Assembly (NCBI GenBank): GCA_025930495.1
Contig: JAICOU010000001.1
Span: 11,867-75,866 of the forward strand
DNA: 64,000 nucleotides
Direction: 5' to 3'
Origin: Nitrososphaeraceae archaeon
GTDB lineage: Archaea > Thermoproteota > Nitrososphaeria > Nitrososphaerales > Nitrosopumilaceae
In this document: positions 37,131 through 47,917 of the stretch, in pieces
Layout of the letters: every line of letters begins with the position of its first letter
Position numbering within the stretch: the first letter of the stretch is position 1
Made by a program: the position numbers and the translations under genes
The notes under the pieces: generated by a model
The model's input: only the letters and a program-made list of their open reading frames with translations
Told to the model about the DNA's origin: nothing
Database searches by the model: none

Positions 37131-37769
37131 TTTTTTGTTCAATATTTTTTGGGTGGGTTTCCAACTTTTACGCACGAAAATGGGAAGGATATGGTGGGCG
37201 TCATAATAGGATTTAACAAAATTAATGGTTTTAGAATCAGATGGATATCCACTTCCTAAATCGTGGTTTTTTCTAAGTTTGTCTATTGCTCTATCTCTAG
37301 TAACTTTGGCAATTATTGATGCAGCTGAAACTACAACAAATCTACTGTCGGCATGATGATATGATCGTATGTTTTTGTTATTTGACAATTTTGCAATTTC
37401 TTTTCCAAATCTCTGCGGATTAACATCACATGAATCTACATATGATGTATCAGGATTTAATTTTACGATAACTTTTGCCATATATTTAGCCTCTAGGTGA
37501 TTAAGACCATGCTTCTTAACACTGACATCAATGGATTTTGGAGAAATTTTTGCAACATAGTAATCATCCACTAGTGTGATTATTTTTTTATAAAGTTCCT
37601 CTCGTGACTTTGGAGTTAATTGCTTTGAATCTTTTACACCCATCAATGACAGTTTACGAATATTAGTTTTGTTCAAAGATATTCCAGCGATTACAAGGGG
37701 CCCCAACATGGAACCACGTCCAGCATCATCCACTCCACAAATTTGCACGGATTCTATCTTAGAACACAT
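37122..37769 (-). CDS. rnhB: Ribonuclease HII
   Basis: GVDDAGRG, VKDSK and VSAASIIAKV.RD motifs. Confidence 0.93.
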   Translation of the reverse strand: MCSKIESVQICGVDDAGRGSMLGPLVIAGISLNKTNIRKLSLMGVKDSKQLTPKSREELYKKIITLVDDYYVAKISPKSIDVSVKKHGLNHLEAKYMAKVIVKLNPDTSYVDSCDVNPQRFGKEIAKLSNNKNIRSYHHADSRFVVVSAASIIAKVTRDRAIDKLRKNHDLGSGYPSDSKTINFVKSYYDAHHILPIFVRKSWKPTQKILNKKSI

Positions 37770-37809
37770 GTATTAAACCATTATAGGTTAAGCAAATACA
37801 GAATAACAA

Positions 37810-38952
37810 TTGCAAATTCCAGATGAAACATTTGAGGAAATTACAGAAGGACAGACAAAAGTATTAGTTCCAAAAAAATCAATTACAGATAAAGTTCCAC
37901 CAAAAGAACCAGCATTTTTTAATCCAAAAGCAAGATTGAATAGAGATTACTCAATAATTGCATACGGAGCTTTTCTGAAAAATTTTGCAGGACCAAAAAT
38001 ATTTTTGGAGGGATTGTCAGGTGTGGGCATAAGAGGATTACGAGTTGCAAATGAATTGCAAGTAGACAAGGTAGTAATTAATGATCTAAATCCAACAGCA
38101 TTAAGATTAGCAGAATATTCAGCACAACTAAACAATTTAAAAAATATAGAATATTCTGAAATGGAAGTATGTAGATTTCTTAGTAAATATTCTACAAAAG
38201 GAGAAAGAGGCTCAATTATAGATATAGACCCGTTTGGCTCATCATCGCAATTTTTTGATTGTGGAATAAGGGCTACTATGCATGGTGGAATGCTTTCTAC
38301 AACAGCTACTGATCTTCAAGTGTTAAATGGGCTTTATCAAAATGCATGCAAGAGAAAGTACGGTGGAATTCCAATAAGAGTTGAATACGGTAATGAGATG
38401 GCAATTCGATTAATTTTAGGATGTCTCAGAATGGTTGCAGGGAGAATGGGTGTGGAGATTATTCCACTATTTGCAGAAAGTAATATGCACTATTACAGAA
38501 CATATGTACGAGTTCTTATTCGACAGGATCAAAAAGAAAACATAGGATACATCTTACATTGTAAAAACTGTGGTCATAGAAAAATAGTACTTGAACAAAA
38601 TAATCAATGTGAACTGTGTAAATCAAAAATAAGCGTTGGGGGGCCATTATGGATTGATAAAATTTTTGATAAAGAATTTGTAGAAAGTATGATTTTAAAA
38701 ATACCAGAGTTATCAGTAGACAAAGTTTGTGAAAAAACATTACAAAAATGTCTTGCAGAATCTGAGATGCCTGGAATTTACTTTACACTAGATGAAATTG
38801 CATCAAAAATGAAATCATCCCCACCAAAATTAGAAGATGCAATAAAAAATTTACAAAAAAACGGTTATTTGGCTAGCCCTACATCATTTTGCCCCACTGG
38901 TTTTAGGACAAATGCCAACATAAATGAAATAATCAAAATCTTCTCAGATTAA
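37810..38952 (+). CDS. trm1: tRNA (guanine-26-N2)-dimethyltransferase
   Basis: FFNP...LNRD, IDIDPFGS, TATD and GPLW motifs. Confidence 0.92.
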   Translation: MQIPDETFEEITEGQTKVLVPKKSITDKVPPKEPAFFNPKARLNRDYSIIAYGAFLKNFAGPKIFLEGLSGVGIRGLRVANELQVDKVVINDLNPTALRLAEYSAQLNNLKNIEYSEMEVCRFLSKYSTKGERGSIIDIDPFGSSSQFFDCGIRATMHGGMLSTTATDLQVLNGLYQNACKRKYGGIPIRVEYGNEMAIRLILGCLRMVAGRMGVEIIPLFAESNMHYYRTYVRVLIRQDQKENIGYILHCKNCGHRKIVLEQNNQCELCKSKISVGGPLWIDKIFDKEFVESMILKIPELSVDKVCEKTLQKCLAESEMPGIYFTLDEIASKMKSSPPKLEDAIKNLQKNGYLASPTSFCPTGFRTNANINEIIKIFSD

Positions 38953-39542
38953 CCAGTAAATCCCAAACAGACATAGTATAATTCACTACTTTGTTTTCTA
39001 CTTGCTTCAGGTTTTGTGAGATTTATTCTTGAGAATTTCTTTTTAATATAGTCTTTAAACTCCATAGAGTACTCCCCATCAAAAACTTTGAAAATTGCAT
39101 TTCCTTTATGCATTAAAACTTTGTCCATTATTTTTGCACATTCATAATTCAATGAGACTTGTATTGCATGATCAACAGACCAGTTTCCAGTAACTTGTGG
39201 TGAAAGATCACATATTACAGCATTAACCTTTCTTTCAAAATAAGATAAAATTTCATCAACTACAAATTCATTTTCAATATTTTCTCTAATAATATGAGCA
39301 CCAGGAATTTCCTCCACATATGATGTGTCAATACCCATAACCTTACCTTTGTTACCTACCAATTTGACTGCCATTTGAGTCCAACCTCCAGGCGCACATC
39401 CTAAATCAAGAACATAAAATCCAGGTCCAATAATACGATAAGATTGATTTAGTTGTTTGAGTTTGTATGCAGCCCTACTTCGAAATCCTTGTTCATGAGC
39501 TAATTTTCGATATTGATCTCGTCGCGCATCTATGAGCTTCAT
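38949..39542 (-). CDS. rlmE: 23S rRNA 2'-O-methyltransferase RlmE/FtsJ
   Basis: FRSRAAYKL, LDLGCAPGGW and KPEASR..SSE.Y motifs. Confidence 0.93.
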   Translation of the reverse strand: MKLIDARRDQYRKLAHEQGFRSRAAYKLKQLNQSYRIIGPGFYVLDLGCAPGGWTQMAVKLVGNKGKVMGIDTSYVEEIPGAHIIRENIENEFVVDEILSYFERKVNAVICDLSPQVTGNWSVDHAIQVSLNYECAKIMDKVLMHKGNAIFKVFDGEYSMEFKDYIKKKFSRINLTKPEASRKQSSELYYVCLGFTG

Positions 39543-40285
39543 TTGACTTTCGCAGGTTTTTTCATGTCAGCAAGTACCCAGTCTTCAATAAATTGACAAT
39601 TACGAGGACTGATTTCTCCTTCTAGCGAACATTTTTGTTCCACGGGACAAACAAGGCAAGGAGCATTCTCAATTGATAGAGTGCTAATGGGGGTTTTCTT
39701 TAGAATTAATTTATACGTCCAACGACCTTTATCTAGAATTTTTTCTCTGTAAATAGTTCCCATTCTTTCTAATTTTAATGCAAGTCTAGAACCATCTCTA
39801 CTTGTAAGTTTAAGTTTTTTCCATAATTCACTTTGAAACATTCCGTCAGATTCACGTTCAGCTAAAACATCACAGATTTTATTTGTGAGTCTTTCCATGT
39901 CAACTTTTTCAATTTGAAAATTTTCAATCTCTTCATCTGTTAATTGTTCTTCTAACTCTTCTTCTAATGTTTTTTCAGCTTCTTTTTTGATTTCTTCTAG
40001 TTCTTTCTTAGTTAGTTTCTTTTCTTTAGGTAATACTTTTTTTGTTAATTTCTTTTCTTTAGAAGGTACTTCTTTTTTTGCTAATTTCTTTTCTTTAGGT
40101 ACTTCTTTTTTTGCTAATTTCTTTTCTTTAGGTACTTCTTTTTTTGCTAATTTCTTTTCTTTAGGTACTTCTTTTTTTACTAATTTCTTTTCTTTAGGTA
40201 CTTCTTTTTTTACTAATTTCTTTTCTTTAGGTACTTCTTTTTTTACTGTATCTATAGATAGTTTATCTTTTTTCTTTGTCATCAA
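39539..40285 (-). CDS. Rpc34/Rpc6-like (TFE-beta-type) winged-helix + Fe-S protein with a Lys-rich repetitive N-terminus
   Basis: wHTH (QSELWKKLKLTSRDGSRLALKLE) and C-terminal PCLVCPVEQKC....ISPRNC...DW, matching the Rpc6/TFE-beta Fe-S motif. Confidence 0.75.
   Translation of the reverse strand: MMTKKKDKLSIDTVKKEVPKEKKLVKKEVPKEKKLVKKEVPKEKKLAKKEVPKEKKLAKKEVPKEKKLAKKEVPSKEKKLTKKVLPKEKKLTKKELEEIKKEAEKTLEEELEEQLTDEEIENFQIEKVDMERLTNKICDVLAERESDGMFQSELWKKLKLTSRDGSRLALKLERMGTIYREKILDKGRWTYKLILKKTPISTLSIENAPCLVCPVEQKCSLEGEISPRNCQFIEDWVLADMKKPAKVK
40008..40246. repeat. 33-bp tandem repeat (about 5.5 near-perfect plus about 2 degenerate copies) encoding KEVPKEKKL[VA]K
   Basis: Unit ggtacttctttttttgctaatttcttttcttta starts at 40065, 40098, 40131, 40164, 40197 and 40230. 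Confidence 0.92.
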
Positions 40286-40332
40286 ATCACCTTAATTTTT
40301 AATATAACTCCTAACCATACATAATTTCATTC

Positions 40333-40791
40333 CTATTTAATAGTAAATTGTCCACTTGCAGTTATACTACTCTTTTGATTCTGATCGTTCATTTTCACGA
40401 CTAACTCATATTGACCAGGAGTATCTATTATTTCAGAAAACTCATCACCTATAGGCAAAAGAACATTATTTTCATTAAAACATTGTTTAAAAAATCCACT
40501 TTGTGTGATTACAGTGTTTTTTCCAGAGTAAATTGTGACATAAAGATCGCCACAATCAAAAAAAGGATCATCAACATTTACTTGTATTTCAATTGGAGTA
40601 GAAGCAAGATATTGTTTTTCCAATCCAATTATCTGAATAGATTTATCATTAATCAGGGTTGTTGGGCCAACACGCCACATGTTCAGCTCTCGGTCAGATG
40701 ATTGAAGAACATCTGCCATAACTACAGAACCAAAGGCAATTGAAAGTACAATAGGCAAAATAAATACAACATATGCTAATCTAGTTGCCAT
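40333..40791 (-). CDS. Membrane-anchored hypothetical protein with Ig-like beta domain
   Basis: N-terminal TM helix; beta-rich region ending PGQYELVVKM. Confidence 0.6.
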   Translation of the reverse strand: MATRLAYVVFILPIVLSIAFGSVVMADVLQSSDRELNMWRVGPTTLINDKSIQIIGLEKQYLASTPIEIQVNVDDPFFDCGDLYVTIYSGKNTVITQSGFFKQCFNENNVLLPIGDEFSEIIDTPGQYELVVKMNDQNQKSSITASGQFTIK

Positions 40792-40895
40792 TTCGTTTTT
40801 TCATCTGCAATTCCCTTATATCTATTTAGCAAAATTTCAATACTTATGATGAATTTGACGAATGAGTTAAATCGGAGCCGACTAAATATTGCTAG

Positions 40896-42989
40896 ATGCG
40901 ACTTAGAAAATTTAGAGTTAGAGCATATCGTTGCATTCATGATTCCGGTGAAATTACAGTAGGGGATTTAGCAGCTTTTGTTGGAAGAAATGAAAGTGGA
41001 AAAACAACAATTCTACAAGCACTAACTTTATTGAACAGAGATGAAAAAGTTTCAGAATTAGATCTTTGTGATGAATTATCAGAAGAACTCAAAGGAGAAA
41101 TCAAACTAGCTGAGGGAGAATTTGAATTAAATCCAGATGAAATCAGATTACTCAAACAATCATTTCCAGGCTTACCTGAAATGAGGAAAATAAAATTATT
41201 TAGAACGAATAAAAAATTAAAAGTGCAATATGAATTTGAAGATATTCAGATTAGCGAGGAGAAAAATAGGGAATTAAACTCTTGGGAGAATTTTTCAAAT
41301 CAAATATTGAGTTTTTTAGACACCATACCAAATCATCTTAGAATTCAAATAGATACAAAATTGTTTGAAGGTCCTGCGCCAAAAAATCAGGAAGTATTCG
41401 ATAGTGGAATGGCGGAATTTAGTAATCAATTTCACGTAATAGCCGTACAAGAACCGAAAGTTATTGAAGAGTGGGAAAAAATCTATGAAAGTCCTGAAAA
41501 TCAGTTCTCTAAACTTCTTAGTGGAGAGAGTGAAAAATCAGCTTTAGAGAATTTTATTGCAGCGGAATTACATCCTCGTTTTGTATATTTTTCAGACTAC
41601 AAAAAAATCTACGGCAACATCAATCTAAATGAATATCTTCGAGAGGAAAAAGGAGAGCAAATGAGCTCGATAGAATTTGTTGAGGAATTCGACAAGGCTG
41701 AAACGGTAAGAAATCTTTTCTATTTAGCAGAATTAGACATTAAAGCGTTAGATGAGGTTAAAGGAACTCCATCAAAATGCATTAAACTACTCAATACTGC
41801 AAGCAACAGACTAACTAAGAAACTAAATCCTGCATGGAAAGGAGATCCAATCCATGTTGATTTGAGATATAATCCAGGAAACATCATGAGTGTTGTAATT
41901 TCTGATGTACATCGTGATGGAACAGTAACCAATACAGGCTTGCTAAATAGAAGAGCTGAGGGTTTCAAATGGACATTTTCTTTTATTGTAAACTTTGCAG
42001 CAGAAACACAAAGAGCTGAATTAAAAGAAGCGATATTACTTCTAGATGAACCTGCAAGAAATCTTCACCCAACACAACAAAGAGGAATTTCAGATTTATT
42101 GAAGAGCTTAGCAGGTTCAAATCAGGTTTTGTATGCTACTCATTCACCATTCATGATTTTTGATTATACACCTGGAAACCTACTAGTAGTAGAATTAGAT
42201 AAAAGAAAACATCTCAGTAAAATTTTTTATGATTACTGGAATGCAGATGATAAAACATTAACACCGATACTATACGGTTTATCAAGAGGATTAGTTGAGT
42301 CGATTGTGGATAGAGAAATTGGAACTAATTCTAGACCAGTGATTATTGTAGAAACAATGTCAGATGCAATGTATCTAAATGCTTTTGATAAATTTTTACA
42401 GGATCCAAATATTTCAATGAATCCACTAAATGTTGTAGCTGCATACAACAAAAATTCCGTATTACCTCTAGCAATTTTTTACAGAAATCATGGATATAAG
42501 ACATTTATTTTATTAGACAATTCAGATGAATCTAAACAGATTTCAGCTCAGTTAGTATCAAATGAATTCTCACCAATTCAGACAATATTTTTTGAGAGAG
42601 ATGGGAAGAATTTAGAGTCAATTGAGGACTATATTGTCCTAGAAGATTACCTTCATGCAGTTAATCAAACATATGAGATCAGATTAAGAAAAGAAGGTTA
42701 TTCAAATCTCACATCTAGAGAGGTCACTTTAAAGGAAAAGAAAGGAGTTTTAGATAATTTGAGAAAAATTTGGGAAGAGCATAGAGATTACGATTGGGGT
42801 CAATTCGATAATGAAGAAATTACTAGGTATATTTGTGAAAAAATTACCTTAGAAGAGACGGATTTCTTATCAGATAAAACTAAAGACCAATTTAGATCAT
42901 TATACAGATTAATTGCTGAAAGAATACGACAATATCAAAATGTAATGACAAAGTCAGATTTGGCTAAATTTCAAAGGGCCAAAGTGTAA
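40896..42989 (+). CDS. OLD-family ABC ATPase + TOPRIM nuclease
   Basis: FVGRNESGKTT, LLLDEPARNLHP, YATHSPFMI and a TOPRIM-like VIIVETMSD...LLDNSD region. Confidence 0.8.
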   Translation: MRLRKFRVRAYRCIHDSGEITVGDLAAFVGRNESGKTTILQALTLLNRDEKVSELDLCDELSEELKGEIKLAEGEFELNPDEIRLLKQSFPGLPEMRKIKLFRTNKKLKVQYEFEDIQISEEKNRELNSWENFSNQILSFLDTIPNHLRIQIDTKLFEGPAPKNQEVFDSGMAEFSNQFHVIAVQEPKVIEEWEKIYESPENQFSKLLSGESEKSALENFIAAELHPRFVYFSDYKKIYGNINLNEYLREEKGEQMSSIEFVEEFDKAETVRNLFYLAELDIKALDEVKGTPSKCIKLLNTASNRLTKKLNPAWKGDPIHVDLRYNPGNIMSVVISDVHRDGTVTNTGLLNRRAEGFKWTFSFIVNFAAETQRAELKEAILLLDEPARNLHPTQQRGISDLLKSLAGSNQVLYATHSPFMIFDYTPGNLLVVELDKRKHLSKIFYDYWNADDKTLTPILYGLSRGLVESIVDREIGTNSRPVIIVETMSDAMYLNAFDKFLQDPNISMNPLNVVAAYNKNSVLPLAIFYRNHGYKTFILLDNSDESKQISAQLVSNEFSPIQTIFFERDGKNLESIEDYIVLEDYLHAVNQTYEIRLRKEGYSNLTSREVTLKEKKGVLDNLRKIWEEHRDYDWGQFDNEEITRYICEKITLEETDFLSDKTKDQFRSLYRLIAERIRQYQNVMTKSDLAKFQRAKV

Positions 42990-43070
42990 GATTAAAGAAG
43001 TTTGCTAATGAAACATACCCTAATAACAAATACAAAAGCAGTAAAATAGCCTTTAAGGTTTAATTTAGAG

Positions 43071-45248
43071 ATGAAGCAACTTGAACACATGAACAAGTCC
43101 TCTACTAGAGGAGTTTTCCTGTCCTTAGTCTTGTTATGTTTAACAGTAGCAATAATTATTCCAATCAATGCATATGCAGCAGAAACAATTGAGGCAAAAA
43201 GTTTCTCATTTGAAGAAACTACCATTATTGAATTTACAAACAGTGGAAATGAAGATGTAAATTCATTTAGAATTTGGTTAGGTAACAATATTAATTTTAA
43301 ATCATTTAAAACAGAAAGTGGTTGGACTGGTGAGAAAACACCTCAAGGGGTAATAGTATTCACATCTTCAGAATCTGTCAAACCAGGTGAGTCTATAAAA
43401 ATTGGAATCAAGACAGATAAAACAAATCCAGGAATAAATTGGAAAGCACTTGATAAAAATGAAAAACAAATAGAAATTGGAACAACTAGTCCAAAAGAAT
43501 TACCAAAACCAATAGCTAATGAAAAACTAACAGACAAAAATTCAGGTGATGGAATTTTATCTGATTCAGTATTTAGAATAATTCCAGACAAACCCAGTGC
43601 AGGATCAACAATTAGAATTACAGGAGATAATTTTGGAGTGTTACAACAGTTTGATTTTTATATAAACACAGATAAAATTGGAACTTTTAACACAGATGAA
43701 AGTGGTAGGTTTGTCAGTACTGTAACAATTCCAAAAGATCAAAGTGCTGAAAGAGCAGATTTGTCTGTTAGAGACAAAGCAGGAAATGAAAAGAAAATAA
43801 GTCTAAGAATAGGAGAAGCAGAAACAAGAATACCGGCTACTGAAAATATAAAACTTACAATCAAAGGAGTTCCAGATATAATGCATAGGGGAGACTTTTT
43901 AGAAGTTTCAGGTACAGCTCAACCTAACAGTGGCATTACAGCATCAATCAAAGATGCAGATGGGAAAATCATCAGCACAAGAACTGCAAAAGTAGATTCT
44001 AAAGGAGATTGGAAAATAGAAGAGCCAATCATAGTACCTGTGGATGCACTATTTGGAAGATATAATGCGGTGATTTCCGACGGTAAAGATGAAATTTCAG
44101 CGTCTTGGATTTTAGAATCATCCAAAGTCATTATCTTAACACCAACTGCTTTGAAATTTAATCCAGGGGAGACAATAAAATTTAATGGTACTGCATTACC
44201 AAACAAATCATTAGAGATAATTCTAGAAGATCCACTAGGAGCTGAAAAATTTTCAGACATAATTCAAGTTGATGAATCAGGAATTGTTGAATTTGAATAT
44301 CCAACAACAGCAAATGTAGACAAAGAGGGTACGTGGACATTGATAGCTGTACAGGAAGGGAAGAAAGAATTTATTTTTGCGGGATTAGGAGAAATTCCTT
44401 CAATACCAATAAACATGGAATTTGATAAATTAAATTATAGACCTACAGAAACTGTAGTCATATCATTAACGGGAAAGCCTTCAGATAAACTAAGCATGTT
44501 AATTGTAGATCCATCAGGTAAAGCAAAAATATTTTCAGATGGTAGCAGTGTAATTCCAATCACACTGCAACCAGATGGAAGAAAAACATACAGTTTAGAT
44601 TTAAATGGATATTCATCTGGAGTATACACTGCTGTTGTCAATAAAGGAGCTTCCAAAAGTTCTGAAATATTCACAGTTGGATTACAAGTAGGTTCTGGTG
44701 AAATTAAAATCAGCAGTACAAAATTAGAATATAGACCAGGAGACGCAATTTTAGTCTTAGGAAAAACAAATTCAAATGTACTTTTAACATTGGAATTAAT
44801 CGACCCTGAAGGATATGTATGGAAAACAAAAGAAATATTTTCAGATAAAGAGGGAAATATCAAAGGCGGAGAGTTGAGAATGCCTTCTAAAGCAAAGCCA
44901 GGCATTTGGACAATTAAAGCACAAAGTGGCTCAAATTTTGATGAAAGTAAGATCGAAGTAATAACGTCTCTAGAGGAAGGACTTGCGGTTACTGTGAGTC
45001 AAGGTATGGAAATTCCAGGATTTGGAAAAAGTATCGACATTAAAGTGGTAAATGCGATTCAATCGGTACAAATTGAAATCATAGCATCAGATGGCAATGT
45101 ATTAGTGACATTACCATCATTTCCTGCTTCGAATAATGGAGAAGTCAAACAACCATGGTTTATTCCAAAAGGTACAGAACCAGGAACATATACTATCAAA
45201 GTAAAAGATGCACAAAATACTGCTGAAACAACTTTTGATATAAAATAA
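43071..45248 (+). CDS. Large secreted/surface protein with repeated Ig-like domains
   Basis: Signal peptide and multiple beta-sandwich repeats ending G.Y/W. Confidence 0.7.
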   Translation: MKQLEHMNKSSTRGVFLSLVLLCLTVAIIIPINAYAAETIEAKSFSFEETTIIEFTNSGNEDVNSFRIWLGNNINFKSFKTESGWTGEKTPQGVIVFTSSESVKPGESIKIGIKTDKTNPGINWKALDKNEKQIEIGTTSPKELPKPIANEKLTDKNSGDGILSDSVFRIIPDKPSAGSTIRITGDNFGVLQQFDFYINTDKIGTFNTDESGRFVSTVTIPKDQSAERADLSVRDKAGNEKKISLRIGEAETRIPATENIKLTIKGVPDIMHRGDFLEVSGTAQPNSGITASIKDADGKIISTRTAKVDSKGDWKIEEPIIVPVDALFGRYNAVISDGKDEISASWILESSKVIILTPTALKFNPGETIKFNGTALPNKSLEIILEDPLGAEKFSDIIQVDESGIVEFEYPTTANVDKEGTWTLIAVQEGKKEFIFAGLGEIPSIPINMEFDKLNYRPTETVVISLTGKPSDKLSMLIVDPSGKAKIFSDGSSVIPITLQPDGRKTYSLDLNGYSSGVYTAVVNKGASKSSEIFTVGLQVGSGEIKISSTKLEYRPGDAILVLGKTNSNVLLTLELIDPEGYVWKTKEIFSDKEGNIKGGELRMPSKAKPGIWTIKAQSGSNFDESKIEVITSLEEGLAVTVSQGMEIPGFGKSIDIKVVNAIQSVQIEIIASDGNVLVTLPSFPASNNGEVKQPWFIPKGTEPGTYTIKVKDAQNTAETTFDIK

Positions 45249-45287
45249 TTTCAAACAATTTTATTCCACCTATTTTAAATTCAAAAT

Positions 45288-45800
45288 ATGAATCTTAAAG
45301 AAAAAATATTAGAATTTCCAAATTTCCCTAAAAAAGGAATATTATTTCGAGATTTCAGCCCCATATTGAAAGATCCATCAGCATTATCATTTATTGCAGA
45401 TGAATTTACAAAATACTTTCATCCAAAAGATGTGGATTTATTTGCAGGCATAGAATCTAGAGGATTCTTACTGGCTTGCATACTAGCTACTAGATACAAT
45501 AAAGGAATGATCATGATTAGAAAATCAGGAAAACTACCAGGTAAGACTACTAAACTATCATATAAAATTGAATATGGTCAAGATACAATTGAAATTCAAA
45601 AAGACATAATCAGCAAAGGACAGAAAATTCTAATTTGTGATGATTTACTTGCAACTGGAGGAACAGCAAAAGCATCTGCAAAATTAATAGAAAAAGCGGG
45701 TGGAAAAATCACAGGATTTGCATTCATAATAGAATTAACTGAACTAAATGGAATGAAAGGAATCAGTCAATACAACTGTAAATCATTGGTCAAATACTAA
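45288..45800 (+). CDS. apt: Adenine phosphoribosyltransferase
   Basis: [24 protein letters not shown] and DDLLATGGT motifs. Confidence 0.95.
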   Translation: MNLKEKILEFPNFPKKGILFRDFSPILKDPSALSFIADEFTKYFHPKDVDLFAGIESRGFLLACILATRYNKGMIMIRKSGKLPGKTTKLSYKIEYGQDTIEIQKDIISKGQKILICDDLLATGGTAKASAKLIEKAGGKITGFAFIIELTELNGMKGISQYNCKSLVKY

Positions 45801-46591
45801 TGGAAAAAGACGTAGAAATTGGAATTTTTGGTGGAACTGGTATTTATGATTCAGGAATACTTGAAAATGCCAAAGAAATTGCAATAGACACACCGTTTGG
45901 AAAACCATCAGATTCAATCACTGTTGGAATTTTCAAAGGAAGAAAAATTGCATTTTTACCAAGACACGGTAAAAAACATACAATTCCACCACACTTGATA
46001 AATTACAAGGCCAATATTTGGGCATTCAAAGAATTAGGCATCACAAGAATAATTGCACCGTCTGCGGTTGGAAGTTTGAAAGAGGAGATAGAGCCTGGAC
46101 ATTTTGCATTACCAACACAGTTTTTAGATTTCACCAAATCGAGAAAGGGCTCATTTTCAGATAATGGCAGAGTCATCCATATTTCTGTAGCAGACCCATT
46201 TTGTCCTGAACTGCAATCATCAATTCTAAAAGTTGCAAAGGAACAAAATATCCACATTCATAAAGATTGCACATATGTTTGCATTGAAGGTCCAAGGTTT
46301 TCTACCAAAGCAGAATCAAAATTTTACAGAACTACTGGAGCAAGCATTATTGGAATGACACTGGTTCCAGAATGTCAACTTGCAAGAGAAGCTCAAATGT
46401 GTTATGCATCAATTTCAACAGTAACAGACTATGATGTATGGGCAGAAAAACCAGTTACTGCCAAAGAAGTTTTGGAGACATTATCAAAAAATGTAGAAAG
46501 AACTAAGAAAATTCTTACAGATTTAATTAATCAAATTCCAAAAACAAGAAGTTGCTCGTGTGCAAAGGCTTTAGAAGAAGCAGAATTCTAA
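45800..46591 (+). CDS. mtnP: S-methyl-5'-thioadenosine phosphorylase
   Basis: [25 protein letters not shown] and TDYD motifs. Confidence 0.93.
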   Translation: MEKDVEIGIFGGTGIYDSGILENAKEIAIDTPFGKPSDSITVGIFKGRKIAFLPRHGKKHTIPPHLINYKANIWAFKELGITRIIAPSAVGSLKEEIEPGHFALPTQFLDFTKSRKGSFSDNGRVIHISVADPFCPELQSSILKVAKEQNIHIHKDCTYVCIEGPRFSTKAESKFYRTTGASIIGMTLVPECQLAREAQMCYASISTVTDYDVWAEKPVTAKEVLETLSKNVERTKKILTDLINQIPKTRSCSCAKALEEAEF

Positions 46592-46872
46592 TCATCAACA
46601 AAAGATTCTCTTTTGAGTCCTTCAGGCAAAGTAAGATCACCTTGAAGAAGACTAGATTGTAATGAAGTTATCACTTCATCAATATTATAGCCGAGTTTTT
46701 CTAGTTCTTTTTCTGTGATTTTGGAAATTTTTGCACCTATATTTTGACCACCTATTCGTCCAAATGCAATTGCATTAAACCGAAAAGAGTGCTCATCAAT
46801 GGTAAAAGTACCAGTAATTTTTGCAGCCATCTGGCTCCCATGAACATTATTAATGTGAACTTTAAGATTCAT
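46588..46872 (-). CDS. Conserved hypothetical protein
   Basis: Open ORF with typical codon usage, tightly packed. No motif recognised. Confidence 0.6.
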   Translation of the reverse strand: MNLKVHINNVHGSQMAAKITGTFTIDEHSFRFNAIAFGRIGGQNIGAKISKITEKELEKLGYNIDEVITSLQSSLLQGDLTLPEGLKRESFVDD

Positions 46873-46877
46873 TTAAG

Positions 46878-47276
46878 TTAAATTTCTACAGCCTTGTTAA
46901 CATTATCATCTATCAAAAAGCTCCAGTGTTGATCATCTTCAACTTTGAAATTTTTTACTTTAAGAGAAATAATTTGTTCATCTAAACACTCATGTTTAAT
47001 TTCAGAATTTTCTTTCAGTCTAACTAATTTCCATCTGTATTTTCCTTGTTGTAATTTACACACAGTGACGCCCCATTTTGCATCTGGATCAATTTTCGGC
47101 ATTCCTACCAAATCTGCCAACTCTTCTATTCCTAATTGTTTTTCCTCACAAAATCGTTTTTTACATGCACCACATCGCCAGACATCAACTGAACCTATAG
47201 TTCTCTCACCTATGTTGATGTTAACTACTCCAAAATACACAGGTTGATGTTTGCATGATTCGGTATCAGTATTCAA
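46878..47276 (-). CDS. Hypothetical protein with Cys motif (CGAC...FC)
   Basis: Open ORF within a minus-strand run of genes. Confidence 0.6.
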   Translation of the reverse strand: MNTDTESCKHQPVYFGVVNINIGERTIGSVDVWRCGACKKRFCEEKQLGIEELADLVGMPKIDPDAKWGVTVCKLQQGKYRWKLVRLKENSEIKHECLDEQIISLKVKNFKVEDDQHWSFLIDDNVNKAVEI

Positions 47277-47298
47277 TGTTGTTCACCAAACATTAGGA

Positions 47299-47652
47299 TT
47301 ATTTAGTTCTTGCATCATCATAGGATTTTTCTAGAATTACTCCTATATTATCGACAATTTTATTTCGTTTAAATTCAATATTTTCTCGCTCACATAATTT
47401 TCTATACATGTTTACAGCAGTAAATCGAGGATGCATGGCCTCAAACTCAGTTGCAGAAATATCTATGAAAGCACCCAATGTCATAAGTGCCTTGGCAGTA
47501 TTCAAAGCATCATCAATTGAAATTTTTAGTTTTTCTGCAATTGTAAGAGGAGACATTTTCCCATGACATGTGATTAAAAGAAATACTTTTGCTTGTAGTG
47601 GTTCTAATTTTATTTCTGAAATTAGATCCTTTTCAACTCTTGAAATATCCAT
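47299..47652 (-). CDS. TrmB-like winged-helix protein
   Basis: LEPLQAKVFLLI...GKMSPLTIAEKLKIS...L..LGA helix-turn-helix pattern. Confidence 0.6.
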   Translation of the reverse strand: MDISRVEKDLISEIKLEPLQAKVFLLITCHGKMSPLTIAEKLKISIDDALNTAKALMTLGAFIDISATEFEAMHPRFTAVNMYRKLCERENIEFKRNKIVDNIGVILEKSYDDARTK

Positions 47653-47685
47653 TATTTTTAAAATAAAATCTAGTCAAATAAAGGA

Positions 47686-47913
47686 TTATGAATCTCTTTT
47701 CACCAAGAATTTCTTTGATATTTTCAGTGAAAACCCCATTGCAATAAAATGAACCACAGCGCCTATGATTGCAGCCTGTATCAAATCATCAAGAATCATC
47801 CAAATGACCATAAAAGATACAATAGATGGAATAGTTACAATTACTGCAATAATTGAGCCTTTCAAAATAATATCTTTCATAGTCAATTTACCAGTTTTAT
47901 TATCACTAGGCAT
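47686..47913 (-). CDS. Small two-TM membrane protein
   Basis: Two hydrophobic helices. Confidence 0.6.
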   Translation of the reverse strand: MPSDNKTGKLTMKDIILKGSIIAVIVTIPSIVSFMVIWMILDDLIQAAIIGAVVHFIAMGFSLKISKKFLVKRDS

Positions 47914-47917
47914 TTAG

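Noticed and set aside
40008-40246. Possible CRISPR array (33-bp period)
   Set aside because: It is a head-to-tail coding repeat without spacers.
39987-40295. 102-aa plus-strand ORF with FFSLGTSFF repeats
   Set aside because: It is the antisense reading of the Lys-rich tandem repeat.
42992-43288. 98-aa minus-strand ORF
   Set aside because: It is mostly antisense to the signal-peptide region of the 725-aa surface protein.
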